The notes: generated by a model from the letters alone, not told the origin. 64,000 nucleotides of DNA from Verrucomicrobia bacterium ADurb.Bin006 (GCA_002071485.1 MWFF01000078.1:3890-67889), one strand, 5' to 3'. Numbered from the stretch's first letter, positions 1-10,747 are shown. Numbers and translations are program-made.

Positions 1-1
1 C

Positions 2-598
2 GTGTTCTGCTCCGCGCCGTTTAGCGGCGGGCATCTCAATCCCGCCGTCACGGTGGCGATGGTCGCGGCCGGGAAGCTGGCGGGTGGCCAGGTGGCCGGT
101 TATCTCCTTGCTCAGATGCTGGGGGGCGTGCTGGGTGGGAATCTGGTGTTTCTGTTCTACCGCGAGCACTTCAAAGCCACGGACAACGCCGACCTCAAGC
201 TGGCCTCCTTTTGCACCGCGCCGAATATTCGGCGCCTGCCTCAGGCCTTCTTCTGCGAGACTCTCGGGACATTCCTGCTGGTCCTGCCGGTGTTTCTGAT
301 GACCGATCCGACGGTGAAGATTCCGTCGGCTGCCGGAGCCGTGGCCGAGATTCCCGTTGGCCTCGGCACATTGGGCGCGCTTCCGGTTGCCCTGCTCGTG
401 TTCGGCATCGGTTTGTCCTTGGGCGGCACGACCGGCTATGCCATCAATCCGGCACGCGATCTCGGCCCGCGCATTGCCCACGCTCTGTTGCCGGTGCCAG
501 GCAAGCGGGACAGCGATTGGAATTACGCATGGGTCCCCGTCCTCGGACCGCTCGCCGGGGGCCTGCTCGCGGCGATGGTCAACGCCTGGCTGCGCTGA
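2..598 (+). CDS. glpF: MIP-family channel (aquaglyceroporin, GlpF-like); the 5' end is cut by the window edge
   Basis: Both MIP signature loops are present (GGHLNPAVT near the start, YAINPARDLGPR later) with hydrophobic helices between them. TGA stop at 596-598. Confidence 0.85.
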   Translation: MFCSAPFSGGHLNPAVTVAMVAAGKLAGGQVAGYLLAQMLGGVLGGNLVFLFYREHFKATDNADLKLASFCTAPNIRRLPQAFFCETLGTFLLVLPVFLMTDPTVKIPSAAGAVAEIPVGLGTLGALPVALLVFGIGLSLGGTTGYAINPARDLGPRIAHALLPVPGKRDSDWNYAWVPVLGPLAGGLLAAMVNAWLR

Positions 599-906
599 CG
601 CGAAAATCAAGGTGTCGCGCAGTTCCCAGGAGTTCGCGGACGCTCCCGGTACGACAACGCTGTCGCCCAACGCCGGAGGGCTGATCGAATCAGGCGATCC
701 AGGAGGTTCTGTTTCTCAGGGTCTGCGCGCGAGGTGAACCGCGAAGAACGTCAGGAGCGGCGTGCAGATCACGTGCAGCCAATGGAGAAGTGTACAGATG
801 GCGACACAAAGCTTCGCGGAGTCGGACACCCGATTGCGGGCAGCGGTGCGAAACGTCCGGGCTTGCTGGAACGGCCATGCCGGTCTAAAGGTGGAGCCAG
901 CACTCG

Positions 907-2067
907 ATGAATGTCTTCAACGGGATTATCATCCTGGCCGCGTTTGGCGCCGTCAGCGCCGACCGCAGTCTCGCCGGCCAGGTCGATTGGGACCGGCCGG
1001 CAGCGGCCGCCTACCTGGATGATCGAGTCGATCTCTGGATCGACCGCGCCACACAACTCCAAACCGGCGAAAGCAAGCTGGCCTGCGTTTCATGCCACAC
1101 GGTGGTCCCTTATTTGTTGGTTCGTCCCGCCCTGCGCAAGGCGATGCAGACCGTCAAGCCAACTTCGCAGGAGGCCCGGCTCCTCGACAACGTCGTCCGC
1201 CGAGTCGAGACCTGCTGGAATCGTGGCTCCATAACCGATCACGAGAACGCGGGTCACGACGGGACGGAGGAGGTTTTGAACGCGCTCATCCTGGCCCGAC
1301 GGGATGCCGCTGAGGAGAAACAGCAAGCCAGCGATGCCACACGCGCGGCCTTTCGCCGGCTCTGGGAAACACAGCGCTCCGACGGAGCCTGGGATTGGAT
1401 GGATTTCGCGCAGGAGCCGGATGAATCTGCCGCAGCGCGGTTTTACGGGGCTGCCCTGGCGGCTCTCGCGGTGGGCACCGTGCCTCCGCTTTCGGGCTCA
1501 AGCGAGGGCTATTCTGCATACCGCGAGGGGAATCTGCGTGGTTATCTCCGTCAAAACCATCGCCAGCAAAACCTCTACAATCGGGTCTGGCTGTCGTTGG
1601 CGTCGGCGCGCTGGCCAGGCCTGCTCACCTGGACAGAGCAGGAAGAACTGATCGCCGAACTGCGGCGGAAACAGAATCGGGACGGAGGTTGGTCGCTCTA
1701 TGGTTTGGGACCGTGGCGGTGGTCCAAGACCAGTCCACCCTTCGAGCCCTCCGAAAAGCTCGATTGGCCGCTGCTGGAGCAATCGGATGGCTATGCAACG
1801 GGTTTGATCATTTACGCGCTGCTCGAGGCGCGCGTGCCGCCCACCGATGCGGCTCTCGTACGAGCGGCACGATGGCTCAGGAGCAATCAGCAGGCGATCC
1901 TGGTGGACGGGTATCGCTGGAAATGCTGGCAAGCGCCCTCCCTCAACCGCGTTTACGAGCCCGGAAGCTCCCACGGCGGCACCTGGGAGCGAATGATGAT
2001 GTCCGACCTGGCAACCGCGTTCGCCGCCTTGGCCCTTGTCACGCTCGACCAAGAACCTGGGCGTTGA
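907..2067 (+). CDS. Secreted protein with one CxxCH motif and prenyltransferase/squalene-cyclase-type repeats; function unknown
   Basis: 386-aa ORF starting at ATG. Signal-like N-terminus MNVFNGIIILAAFGAVSA. One CVSCH motif. Two QxxDGxW repeats (QRSDGAWDW, QNRDGGWS). Confidence 0.6.
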   Translation: MNVFNGIIILAAFGAVSADRSLAGQVDWDRPAAAAYLDDRVDLWIDRATQLQTGESKLACVSCHTVVPYLLVRPALRKAMQTVKPTSQEARLLDNVVRRVETCWNRGSITDHENAGHDGTEEVLNALILARRDAAEEKQQASDATRAAFRRLWETQRSDGAWDWMDFAQEPDESAAARFYGAALAALAVGTVPPLSGSSEGYSAYREGNLRGYLRQNHRQQNLYNRVWLSLASARWPGLLTWTEQEELIAELRRKQNRDGGWSLYGLGPWRWSKTSPPFEPSEKLDWPLLEQSDGYATGLIIYALLEARVPPTDAALVRAARWLRSNQQAILVDGYRWKCWQAPSLNRVYEPGSSHGGTWERMMMSDLATAFAALALVTLDQEPGR

Positions 2068-2357
2068 GTCGTTCGGGAAGCCGTGGTCTCGACTTGACGA
2101 GTAAACGGGTCGGGAACCCGTTCGGATCGAGGATGTAACAGAAAAGTTGCGAAAGCCATCGATTTTCCTTGCAACCACAACCCATTGTATTAGCTTCTCC
2201 CAGCTTGCCCAACTAAATGGGGTTTCTTGCTTTGCCTGTGCATCGCAAAGCCCTTGGTTTGGCGGGCAATTTTGCTCTTTGGGAAAGGTGTCGGGCGTTG
2301 TCCCGGCGCAGCCCGAGTTGTAGACTTTCACCGATCAAATCGAACCAGCCAATAGCC

Positions 2358-5300
2358 ATGATTGCCGCCCGCGAAGAACTTGTTAAGCCCCCGGCCTCGC
2401 CGTCCGCGCGCCGGCGCAGCGCGCGTCCCTCCCCGTCACGTTTCGTGTCCGATAGGCGCGTTGCGCCGAGGCGGCTGCGGATCGAGCGTTTTTTCAGCGA
2501 TCCGAAGGTCAAGCCGTTCGATCAAATCGAGTGGGAGAAGCGGACGGCGGAGATCACGGATGACACGCGCAAGGTGATCTTCAACCAGGAGGGGGTCGAG
2601 GTGCCCAAGGCGTGGTCGCCTTTGGCCACGAAGGTGGTCTGCTCGAAGTACTTTTACGGCGATCCGCAGAAGTCGGAGGAACGCGAGTATTCGGTCAAGC
2701 AGTTGATCCATCGGGTGACACGGACGATTGCCGACTGGGGTGTGAAGGACGGTTATTTCAGCGCGGCGGACGGGGAGGTGTTTTACGACGAATTGACGTG
2801 GTTGTGTGTGAACCAGTATGGCGCCTTCAACTCGCCTGTCTGGTTCAACGTGGGTTTGTACCAGCAGTATCATGTTGGCAAGGAATCCGCGCGCGGGAAC
2901 TGGTACTACCATCGCACGCGCGGCGAGGCCGAGCGCGCGGCGACGCAGTACGAGTATCCGCAGGGCAGCGCCTGTTTCATTCAGAACGTCGAGGACAACA
3001 TGGAGAGCATCATGCATCTGGCCTACAGCGAGGCGATGCTTTTCAAATACGGATCGGGGACGGGGACCGATCTGACGCCCATCCGGTCGAGCAAGGAGAA
3101 GCTGAGCGGGGGGGGGCGGCCGAGCGGGCCACTGTCGTTCCTCAAGGTTTACGACCAGGTTGCCAACGTGGTGAAGTCGGGCGGCAAGACCCGTCGGGCG
3201 GCGAAGATGAACACGCTGCGGGACTGGCACGGGGACATCGAGGAGTTCATCGAAGCCAAGGAGAAGGAGGAGCGGAAGGCCTGGGCGCTGATCGAGCAAG
3301 GCTACGACGGTTCGTTCAATGGCAACGCCTACGCGTCGGTCATGTACCAGAACGAGAATCTGTCAGTCCGTGTCAGCGACGAGTTCATGCGGGCGGCGAT
3401 CGAGGGGCGGGAGTGGTGGACGCGGTCCGTCACGACGGGCGAGCCGCTCGAGAAGAAGGACGCGGGCCTCTTATTGGACAAGATTGCCGGGGGCACGTGG
3501 ATTTGCGGCGATCCCGGCCTCCAGTATGACGGCGCGATCCAGAAATGGCACACGTGCAAGGGGACCGAGCCGATCCACTCGACCAATCCGTGCAGCGAGT
3601 ATGTATTCCTCAACAACACGGCCTGCAATCTCGCCTCGCTGAACCTGCTCAAGTTCAAGCGCGAGGACGGCGCGTTCGACGTCGAGCGTTTCAAGGCCGC
3701 CGTGCGCATTTTCATCATCGCGCAGGAAATCCTCGTCGACAATTCGAGCTACCCCACCAAGGCCATCGCCGAAAACTCCCACATCTTCCGCTCGCTCGGC
3801 CTCGGCTACGCGAACCTGGGCTCGCTCATCATGGACGAGGGATTGCCCTACGACTCGGACGAGGCGCGGGCGCTGGCGGGCGCCGTCACGGCGATCATGA
3901 CCGGCCACGCGTATGAGCAGAGCGCCGAGATCGCCGCCATCATGGGCGCCTTTGACGGGTACCGCGACGCCCGCTGCGCGGGCGTCTCCAAGCCCAGCGC
4001 ACCCGACAACGTCGAGTCAATGCTCGGCGTCATCGAGCAGCATCGCGCCGCGGTCGAGGACATTCATCCCAGCGAAAAGTACGGGTACCTGAAAGAGTCT
4101 GCCCGCGCCTGTTGGGTCCGCGCCCTGGAGCGGGGCCGCGAGGTGGGCTATCGCAACGCTCAGGTCACCGTTCTTGCGCCGACGGGCACAATCGCGTTTC
4201 TCATGGACTGCGACACGACCGGGATCGAGCCGGACATTGCGCTGGTGAAGTACAAGCTGCTGGCCGGCGGCGGCACGCTCAAGATCGTCAACCGCACGGT
4301 CCCCGGCGGCCTGCGTTCGCTCGGGTACGGCCCGGAGGAGATTCAGAAGATCGTCGCGCACATCGAGCAGTACGACACGATCGAGGACGTGACGGTCGAG
4401 GCGTCTGGAGAACAGGGGCCGCGAGTCGTCCGCAGCGGTCTCAAGCCCGAGCACCTGTGCGTGTTCGACTGCGCGTGCAAGCCCAACCGCGGCGGGCGCA
4501 GCATTCTCGCCCTCGCGCATTTGAGCATGATGGCCGCCGCCCAGCCCTTCATCAGCGGCGCCATTTCCAAGACGGTCAACATGCCGTGTGAAACCACCGT
4601 GGCCGAGATCCGCGATGCCTACGTCCAGGCCTGGAAGATGGGCCTCAAATGCGTCGCCATCTACCGCGACGGCTCGAAGCGCTGTCAGCCGCTGAACACC
4701 AGGAAGACGACTGCCGAAGGCGAGGCCAAGACCGCGTCCGGAGCTCCAGCCGATGGCTGGGAGGCCCGGGTCAAGGAACTCGAAGCCGAGGTGGAGAAAC
4801 TCCGGACCGAGCTGCGGCGCCCGCCCCGGCGGCGGCTGCCCGAGACGCGCATGGCGGTGAACCACAAGTTCAACATCGCCGGACACGAGGGCTATCTCAA
4901 CGTCGGGTTGTTCGAGAACAACCAGCCTGGGGAACTGTTCATCACCATGGCCAAGGAAGGGTCGACCATCGGCGGCCTCATGGACACGATTGCCACCCTC
5001 ACCAGCATCGCCCTGCAGTACGGCGTGCCGCTCGCGACGCTGGTCAAGAAGTTCAGCCACCAGCGGTTCGAGCCCAGCGGCATAACCAAGAACCCCGATA
5101 TCCGCTTCGCCAGCTCGATCACCGACTACATCTTCCGCTGGCTCGCCGTCCAGTTCATCCCGGGCTATCGGGAAGAGACCTCGCCCGACCGCAACCAGCA
5201 GGAGCTGCCGATGCCCGGCCTCATCGAGGAAATCAAGAAGCGCGTCAACAGGCCCGTCCCCTACCTCCCGATCGATGATGAAGAGGCGGCATCCCTGGCC

Positions 5301-5492
5301 AAGCCATCGGAGATCGCCCATGTCGTCACCTCGACGCCGACGCCAGGTCCGATTGCGTACGCACAGACCACAACGGCCACGTTCGTCAACATGGCCGACG
5401 CGCCCCTGTGCCCGAATTGCGGGCATGTCACCGTGCGCGCCGGGGCCTGTTTCAAGTGCAACAATTGCGGCGAGAGCCTTGGGTGCAGCTAG
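2358..5492 (+). CDS. nrdJ: Adenosylcobalamin-dependent (class II) ribonucleotide reductase
   Basis: N-terminal IERFF..KPFDQIEWEKRTAEI, active-site region TNPCSEYVFLNNTACNLASLNL, and a C-terminal CPNCG...CFKCNNCG zinc ribbon. The start is ambiguous (ATG 2217, ATG 2358 or GTG 2445); 2358 was chosen. Confidence 0.9.
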   Translation: MIAAREELVKPPASPSARRRSARPSPSRFVSDRRVAPRRLRIERFFSDPKVKPFDQIEWEKRTAEITDDTRKVIFNQEGVEVPKAWSPLATKVVCSKYFYGDPQKSEEREYSVKQLIHRVTRTIADWGVKDGYFSAADGEVFYDELTWLCVNQYGAFNSPVWFNVGLYQQYHVGKESARGNWYYHRTRGEAERAATQYEYPQGSACFIQNVEDNMESIMHLAYSEAMLFKYGSGTGTDLTPIRSSKEKLSGGGRPSGPLSFLKVYDQVANVVKSGGKTRRAAKMNTLRDWHGDIEEFIEAKEKEERKAWALIEQGYDGSFNGNAYASVMYQNENLSVRVSDEFMRAAIEGREWWTRSVTTGEPLEKKDAGLLLDKIAGGTWICGDPGLQYDGAIQKWHTCKGTEPIHSTNPCSEYVFLNNTACNLASLNLLKFKREDGAFDVERFKAAVRIFIIAQEILVDNSSYPTKAIAENSHIFRSLGLGYANLGSLIMDEGLPYDSDEARALAGAVTAIMTGHAYEQSAEIAAIMGAFDGYRDARCAGVSKPSAPDNVESMLGVIEQHRAAVEDIHPSEKYGYLKESARACWVRALERGREVGYRNAQVTVLAPTGTIAFLMDCDTTGIEPDIALVKYKLLAGGGTLKIVNRTVPGGLRSLGYGPEEIQKIVAHIEQYDTIEDVTVEASGEQGPRVVRSGLKPEHLCVFDCACKPNRGGRSILALAHLSMMAAAQPFISGAISKTVNMPCETTVAEIRDAYVQAWKMGLKCVAIYRDGSKRCQPLNTRKTTAEGEAKTASGAPADGWEARVKELEAEVEKLRTELRRPPRRRLPETRMAVNHKFNIAGHEGYLNVGLFENNQPGELFITMAKEGSTIGGLMDTIATLTSIALQYGVPLATLVKKFSHQRFEPSGITKNPDIRFASSITDYIFRWLAVQFIPGYREETSPDRNQQELPMPGLIEEIKKRVNRPVPYLPIDDEEAASLAKPSEIAHVVTSTPTPGPIAYAQTTTATFVNMADAPLCPNCGHVTVRAGACFKCNNCGESLGCS

Positions 5493-6190
5493 CGTATCCG
5501 TTCCACCGACACGTCATCGAAGCGGATCGGGGTATCGGCGAAGGGCGAGCCCCAGAGGCTGGCGCGGCCCGGCTTGAGGGACGTGGTGTCCGTCCGCGAG
5601 ATCGTCCAGCTCGACGGAGGGGCTGTGCCTTCTTTCCAGACCTTGCCGCGGATTGTCCATTCGGTTGGATTTGTCTTGCGCACTTCGAGCTTCAGCCAGA
5701 GCCACTCGCCCGGAGCCCACTCGAACGGCACGCTGACGTGGTCCGCATCGCCGCGACACAGTTCGAGTTTCCTCTTGCCTGGGCTCACCTGCAGCCGATA
5801 GCCGCTCACGCCTCCCAGCCCGACCGCGAATGCCGGGTAACGCCGTCCGGTGTTGGTGCCATGAATCCGCGCGGTCACGCTCAGGTTGTCGATTTCGGCA
5901 GGCTGATCCGAACTGTGCGACCCCGCGCCATCCTCCCTTCCGGCCGGGCCAAAGAGAACGCCATACGTGTCGAGCGGCGTCCCCGGCAGCTCGAGGAACC
6001 TGTTGCCCGCCTCCTCGCGCACGGCGAACTTCCCGTTCAGCGCCAGCATTCCGTCGGGCAGCGTGCCGATTTCGGCCTTGGTGAAGTCGTTTCGATAGAG
6101 CACGGCGGACTCTCCGGCGCGGGCATGGGGAGAGCCACCGATGAAAGCCAGGATGAACAGCAGTCCCAAGAGCCGCGTCTCGAGGATCAT
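5489..6190 (-). CDS. Secreted hypothetical protein (beta-rich, possibly a lectin-like fold)
   Basis: Trimmed to ATG 6190, which gives a clean signal peptide MILETRLLGLLFILAFIGGSPHARA. The 361-aa ORF-track version would run into the neighbouring permease gene. I can name no motif. Confidence 0.55.
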   Translation of the reverse strand: MILETRLLGLLFILAFIGGSPHARAGESAVLYRNDFTKAEIGTLPDGMLALNGKFAVREEAGNRFLELPGTPLDTYGVLFGPAGREDGAGSHSSDQPAEIDNLSVTARIHGTNTGRRYPAFAVGLGGVSGYRLQVSPGKRKLELCRGDADHVSVPFEWAPGEWLWLKLEVRKTNPTEWTIRGKVWKEGTAPPSSWTISRTDTTSLKPGRASLWGSPFADTPIRFDDVSVERIR

Positions 6191-6318
6191 GACGCGGCAT
6201 GGACCGAGACCGGCGGGCTGTGCTGCAAATGGGCCAGGCCGGCGTCCGGGCGGGCGGGCGGCAACAACGCGTCGATGGTCACGTCCGAGTTTTGTCATAG
6301 GCGCAGTCTCCAGCGGAA

Positions 6319-9300
6319 TCATTGGTTGTTTCGCAGCATTTCGAGCGCGTTGCCGCGAAGAGCGGTCAGTGTCGCCAGCCAGGTCCAGACAAAGCCGTTG
6401 AGGAGCACCCCAGCCAGTGTCCAGGCCAGTGTCCAGTAGGGCACCTCGGTGCCGGGGCCGAGCACCGAAGGCAGGACCGCCACAAAGGCGGCGCAGACGC
6501 CGACGGCGAGGCCGGCGGCCAGCAGGACCCCGTGCTCGATGATCACGAGTCGGCGCAAGGGGCTGCGTTCCCACCCCACCGCCAGGAGGAGGGCATACTC
6601 GCCGCGCCGTTCGAGCACGTTGCGCAACACCACCACGCCTAGCCCGAGGCTGCCCAGGAGCAGCCCGAGTCCGCCCAACACCTGGAACGTCCCGAGGTAA
6701 GTGTTCTGCACGGCGTTGAACGCCGCCAGCCGTTCGCTGGCCGGCGTCAGTTCCAATCCCAGATCCTGCAACCCCCGGGTGAGTTCGGAGGAGACCTGGT
6801 CGATGCGGTTCGAGGGGGTGTCGATCAGGAACATGCGGTACCCCGCCACGCCCGGGAAGCGTTTCACGAACTCGTTCTCGGCGATGATCAGGTTCCCTTG
6901 CAGGATCGAGTTGGCGACCGCAGCCACAAGCCGGATTCGAAACGGCCGACCCCGTTCGTCCACGAGCGGGATCGTGTCGCCGACCTTCTTGCCCAGGGCC
7001 CAGACGACCGAGGCCTGGTCGCCGATCGCGGGAACCGTGTCATCGTCCGAAATCCCATCGACCGCGGCTCCGTCGGAGTCGGCGCGCGTTCTGGACACGA
7101 GCAGGTTCCACCCTTCGAATCGAGACAATCCCTTCGCCGCTTGGGCGAACGTGAAGGCGCTGCGTTTGGCCAACAAGCCGGGTGCGACGCCGAGAATCCT
7201 CGGTTCCTGGGCGCGATTCAGATTCAGGCAACTGGCCTCGTCGCCCTCGCGCACCCGGAACGGAACTACCGACATGCCTTCGAGACGGGCTGCGTCCAGT
7301 CCATAGACCTCGCGCGCCCGCTCGCTCTCGAGGTCATGGAGGACCGGCTGGGTCGATTGGCCGATGAGTGCAAAGCCGCCCGTGCCTGAAGACCGCTGCT
7401 GAGCGTTCTGGACGGCATCGAGGCGGAAGACGCCGATGGCCGCGACGAGGAAGCTGCCGGAAGCCAGCAGGCCGATGACTGCCAGGCTGCGGCGCCGGCG
7501 CCGCGTTGCGCCGCGCACCGCGAGGCTCGATCGGGTCAGCCTGGTTTTGGCGCTGGTGGCTGCCAGGCGTACCAGCCAGCCGGCGCAGGCGCACAGCCCT
7601 GCAACCAACAGCAACGCGCCCGCTGCAAAGAACAGTCCGGCTGACTGCTTTTCACCCCGCTGCCAGCCCCAGAAGGCGAGTCCAAGGGCCAGGGCGGTCG
7701 CGGCAAGGGCGCAGATGACTTGCAGTTGTCCTGGGGCGCTGATCCGGGACACAACAGGCGTGAGAGAACCTCCGGCGTCTGACATCGGACTCTCAGCCTG
7801 TCGTTGCGTCGGGCATTGCGCGCCGGACACCGGGTCGCCGAAGTTGTTCGAGTCCTGATCCCATTGCGCGCCGCCGGCCAGAAGGGCGCGTGCGGGCTGG
7901 GCGGCCTGGTGTCTGAGGGCGAACCACATGGCCACGACCGTGACCAGGATCGATGCCGCCACGCCCAGCAGAATCGTGGGCGTGTGAAGATGAAAGCTCA
8001 GCGTGGCGCCGCCTACCGCCTGGTTCCAGACGGTCGAGAGGCCCTTCAGCATGGCCTGGGCGTAGAGCGTTGCCCCCTTCGCGCCGAGGATCGCGCCCAC
8101 GAACGCCACCAGGCCGCCTTCCCACAAAAGCAGACGCCGCACCTGGCCGGGCCGGAAACCGAGTGCGAGCAGGGTTCCGACTTCCGTTGCGCGCGTCTCG
8201 ACGCCGAACGTGAAGAGCAATGCCACCAGCAGCAGCGCCGCCGCGATGAGGAAGAAGCTCAAACCGAGGAACAGTTGACCGAAATCCTGCGAGTGAGCGC
8301 TGGCCGCCAACGCCTCGTCGCGCACGGGACGGAACGTCATCCCGAACGCGCCGGGCGCCAGCCCTTGAGACAGGACAGAACCGAGGTTGGCGATCGGGAT
8401 CGGATCGGCGCTCGATCGGGTGACGCCGAGCCCACCAGGTGCGTTGGCGGCCGCGCCGCTCGGGCGGGCCACCGCGAAGCGAATTGCAGTCAGGTCGCCA
8501 AAGCGATTCGCCCAGAGCTTCTGTCCGGTTGCCAGGGTGATAAAGGCTTTTGGCGTGCCGCGGTGCAATTGCCAGTATTCCTCGTCCTTGGGACGGATGC
8601 GGTCGTTCTGGATGGGCAGGCCAGTGTCCCAATCCCGGCAGTTGTCGGCATCGGTCATGCCGGGGAAATCGGGCATGAGCGAGCGATCGATGCCGGGCGT
8701 GTTCATCTCGTAGATGCCCTTGATCCGGAACTGGGCGGTTTGCTCGATCAGGTCACGCCGGGTGCCCATGACGTAGTACGCCAGTGTCAGCGTGTCGCCG
8801 GCCTTGGCTTCGAGATCGTCGGCCAGCCATCGACTGATCAGAATCTCGCCGTCAGCCAACTCGCCCGGGAGCAGTGGCCCTGCCGCCGCGGTGACCATCG
8901 AATACGGCGTGGCGCGGTCTCCGACCCGAAGTTCATTGACGAAGTAGGTGAGCAAACCGGCCGATTCCATCTTCGGCATCAACCGGGCCGCGTTGGTGTT
9001 CGCGAGAATCGCAGGCACAGCCTCGTCCAGAAGCGGATCGAGGAAGACCCGGCGGCTGCGCAATTCGGCGACTCGGCTCCCCGCTGCCAACCGCAACTCC
9101 AACTCGGCGTCGTCCAGGCGCCAGCGTTGGCGGAGTCCGAGGTTCATGGCGGCAGTGACATTGGTGAAGACGCTGGTGGGCACGAATCCGCCGCCCGGCA
9201 GCATGGGCAGAGGCTGCGTCGAGGTGTCGAGCGATCCGGCCACGAACAGATTCGCCCGGCCAACGGCATCGACGCGCGCCTGGAGTTCGGCCATTGACAC

Positions 9301-9954
9301 AAACGCGTTGAAAGGAGGCGTCTGGTTTGCGGCGAGACTGAACCGCCCTAACTGGTCGTCCGAGAGAACCGCGTCGACCCGGAGACGCAGGGCGACGGTC
9401 GCGTCCTCTTCGGTCGCCATGGGGGCGTCGCGCGAGAGGGCCGAGGGTTTCTGGACGCGCAGAAGCAGCTCGTCGCCCGCTTCCACGCGCAGTTGGCGGG
9501 CCAAGGGTTGGTTGAGCAGCACGCTGCCGGGGGGTATGGCACCGCGAACGAACGGTTTCTCCGCCAACTTCCAAAACCGGACATCGACGCCATGCACCAA
9601 GACCTGATTGGCGCGCGCCGCGCCTTCGCCCGCGACCGCAATGGCCGGAAGTTGCAGGACCGGCGCGGCGACCACCTGCCGGCTGGGCAGGCCGAGGCGG
9701 TGCTGGATGGACGCGACCGCGCCCGGCCCCGACCCGAACAGGTCGGCGCGACAAAGCCGGTCGCCCGTGGACATGGCCGTCTCGATCCGGCCCAGGCGCA
9801 GCAGCGCCAGTTGCCGAAGACTCGAGCGGACGGAATCGCCGACGATCAATGCGCCGATGAGAACCGCGGATGCGACGGCAGTGCCTGCCAGCGCGCCGAG
9901 GTGAGAGCGGACGTGGTGGGCGAAACTGCGGAGAATGAGTCGACGCGCGGTCAT
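6319..9954 (-). CDS. ABC transporter permease with duplicated FtsX/MacB-type domains
   Basis: 1,211 aa. ATG 9954 overlaps the ATPase stop (ATGA). It has an N-terminal TM helix, large extracytoplasmic segments and two clusters of TM helices (mid-protein and C-terminal), as in MacB/LolCE-like permeases. Confidence 0.85.
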   Translation of the reverse strand: MTARRLILRSFAHHVRSHLGALAGTAVASAVLIGALIVGDSVRSSLRQLALLRLGRIETAMSTGDRLCRADLFGSGPGAVASIQHRLGLPSRQVVAAPVLQLPAIAVAGEGAARANQVLVHGVDVRFWKLAEKPFVRGAIPPGSVLLNQPLARQLRVEAGDELLLRVQKPSALSRDAPMATEEDATVALRLRVDAVLSDDQLGRFSLAANQTPPFNAFVSMAELQARVDAVGRANLFVAGSLDTSTQPLPMLPGGGFVPTSVFTNVTAAMNLGLRQRWRLDDAELELRLAAGSRVAELRSRRVFLDPLLDEAVPAILANTNAARLMPKMESAGLLTYFVNELRVGDRATPYSMVTAAAGPLLPGELADGEILISRWLADDLEAKAGDTLTLAYYVMGTRRDLIEQTAQFRIKGIYEMNTPGIDRSLMPDFPGMTDADNCRDWDTGLPIQNDRIRPKDEEYWQLHRGTPKAFITLATGQKLWANRFGDLTAIRFAVARPSGAAANAPGGLGVTRSSADPIPIANLGSVLSQGLAPGAFGMTFRPVRDEALAASAHSQDFGQLFLGLSFFLIAAALLLVALLFTFGVETRATEVGTLLALGFRPGQVRRLLLWEGGLVAFVGAILGAKGATLYAQAMLKGLSTVWNQAVGGATLSFHLHTPTILLGVAASILVTVVAMWFALRHQAAQPARALLAGGAQWDQDSNNFGDPVSGAQCPTQRQAESPMSDAGGSLTPVVSRISAPGQLQVICALAATALALGLAFWGWQRGEKQSAGLFFAAGALLLVAGLCACAGWLVRLAATSAKTRLTRSSLAVRGATRRRRRSLAVIGLLASGSFLVAAIGVFRLDAVQNAQQRSSGTGGFALIGQSTQPVLHDLESERAREVYGLDAARLEGMSVVPFRVREGDEASCLNLNRAQEPRILGVAPGLLAKRSAFTFAQAAKGLSRFEGWNLLVSRTRADSDGAAVDGISDDDTVPAIGDQASVVWALGKKVGDTIPLVDERGRPFRIRLVAAVANSILQGNLIIAENEFVKRFPGVAGYRMFLIDTPSNRIDQVSSELTRGLQDLGLELTPASERLAAFNAVQNTYLGTFQVLGGLGLLLGSLGLGVVVLRNVLERRGEYALLLAVGWERSPLRRLVIIEHGVLLAAGLAVGVCAAFVAVLPSVLGPGTEVPYWTLAWTLAGVLLNGFVWTWLATLTALRGNALEMLRNNQ

Positions 9955-10655
9955 GGGTCACGCGGGCGGTCCAGCCGCCCGTCGCGCAATTCGAGCATAC
10001 GCTCCATCTTGCCGGCCAGGCTCAGGGCGTGGGTGACAACGATCAGAGTCACGCGCGTTTCGCGGTTCAGATCGAGCAGCATCTGGCCCAGTTGATCGGC
10101 CGAAACCCGGTCCAGGGCGCCGGTCGGCTCGTCCGCCAGCAGGAGCTGAGGCTCGTTGATCAGCGCCCGCACAACCGCCACCCGCTGGCGTTCGCCCCCG
10201 GACAATTGTCCCGGGCGATGTTTGAGGCGCTGGCCCAGGCCCACGCGTTCGAGCAGGCGCCGGGCGCGGTCCGGCGCGCCATCGCGGATGACCTCGTTGT
10301 TGGTGGCGAGGGTCGGCACCAGCACATTCTCGAATACGGTGCATTGCGGCAGGAGGTAATGCGCCTGAAAGACGAATCCGATGCACCGGTTGCGCAGGGC
10401 CGCCAGCGCGGCGCCCCGCACCTGGCTCAGATTCCGTCCCTCGAGTTCGATGGTTCCCGACGAGGGGGTGTCGAGCGTGCCGATGATGCTCAACAGGGTG
10501 CTCTTGCCCGAGCCGGACGGCCCGACGATCGCTAGCGATTCGCCCCGCTCGACCGTCAGGTCGATGCCGGCCAGGACCGACACCGATGCGTCGCCGACGC
10601 CGGCAAAGCGCTTGGTGACGTTGATCAGTCTGAGCAATGGATCGGCAGGCGCCAT
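9951..10655 (-). CDS. ABC transporter ATP-binding protein (MacB/LolD type)
   Basis: Walker A GPSGSGKST, signature LSGGERQRV, Walker B LLLADEPTGALD, H-loop VTHA. Confidence 0.92.
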   Translation of the reverse strand: MAPADPLLRLINVTKRFAGVGDASVSVLAGIDLTVERGESLAIVGPSGSGKSTLLSIIGTLDTPSSGTIELEGRNLSQVRGAALAALRNRCIGFVFQAHYLLPQCTVFENVLVPTLATNNEVIRDGAPDRARRLLERVGLGQRLKHRPGQLSGGERQRVAVVRALINEPQLLLADEPTGALDRVSADQLGQMLLDLNRETRVTLIVVTHALSLAGKMERMLELRDGRLDRPRDP

Positions 10656-10747
10656 ACGGGACTCAAGGTAGTTGAGCGCGTTCGAGATTCAACCCAGTTT
10701 CAGCGAGCCTCCGCCTCAGACCGACGAGGGGCGTCACCCATTCGCGC

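Noticed and set aside
2068-2357. NrdR box or cobalamin riboswitch in the 290-nt nrdJ leader
   Set aside because: Only one weak NrdR-box-like match was found (CCACAACCCATTGTAT at 2175-2190, about 11 of 16 consensus positions) with no second box at helical spacing. No B12-box-like sequence was recognised. A 7-bp hairpin (GCTTTGC...GCAAAGC, about 2230-2252) is present but not diagnostic.
2358-5492. Inteins in nrdJ or dnaE, which are common intein hosts
   Set aside because: Both proteins read continuously through the conserved blocks. There are no Cys/Ser...His-Asn splice junction pairs or homing-endonuclease motifs. The only extra segment in DnaE is low-complexity.
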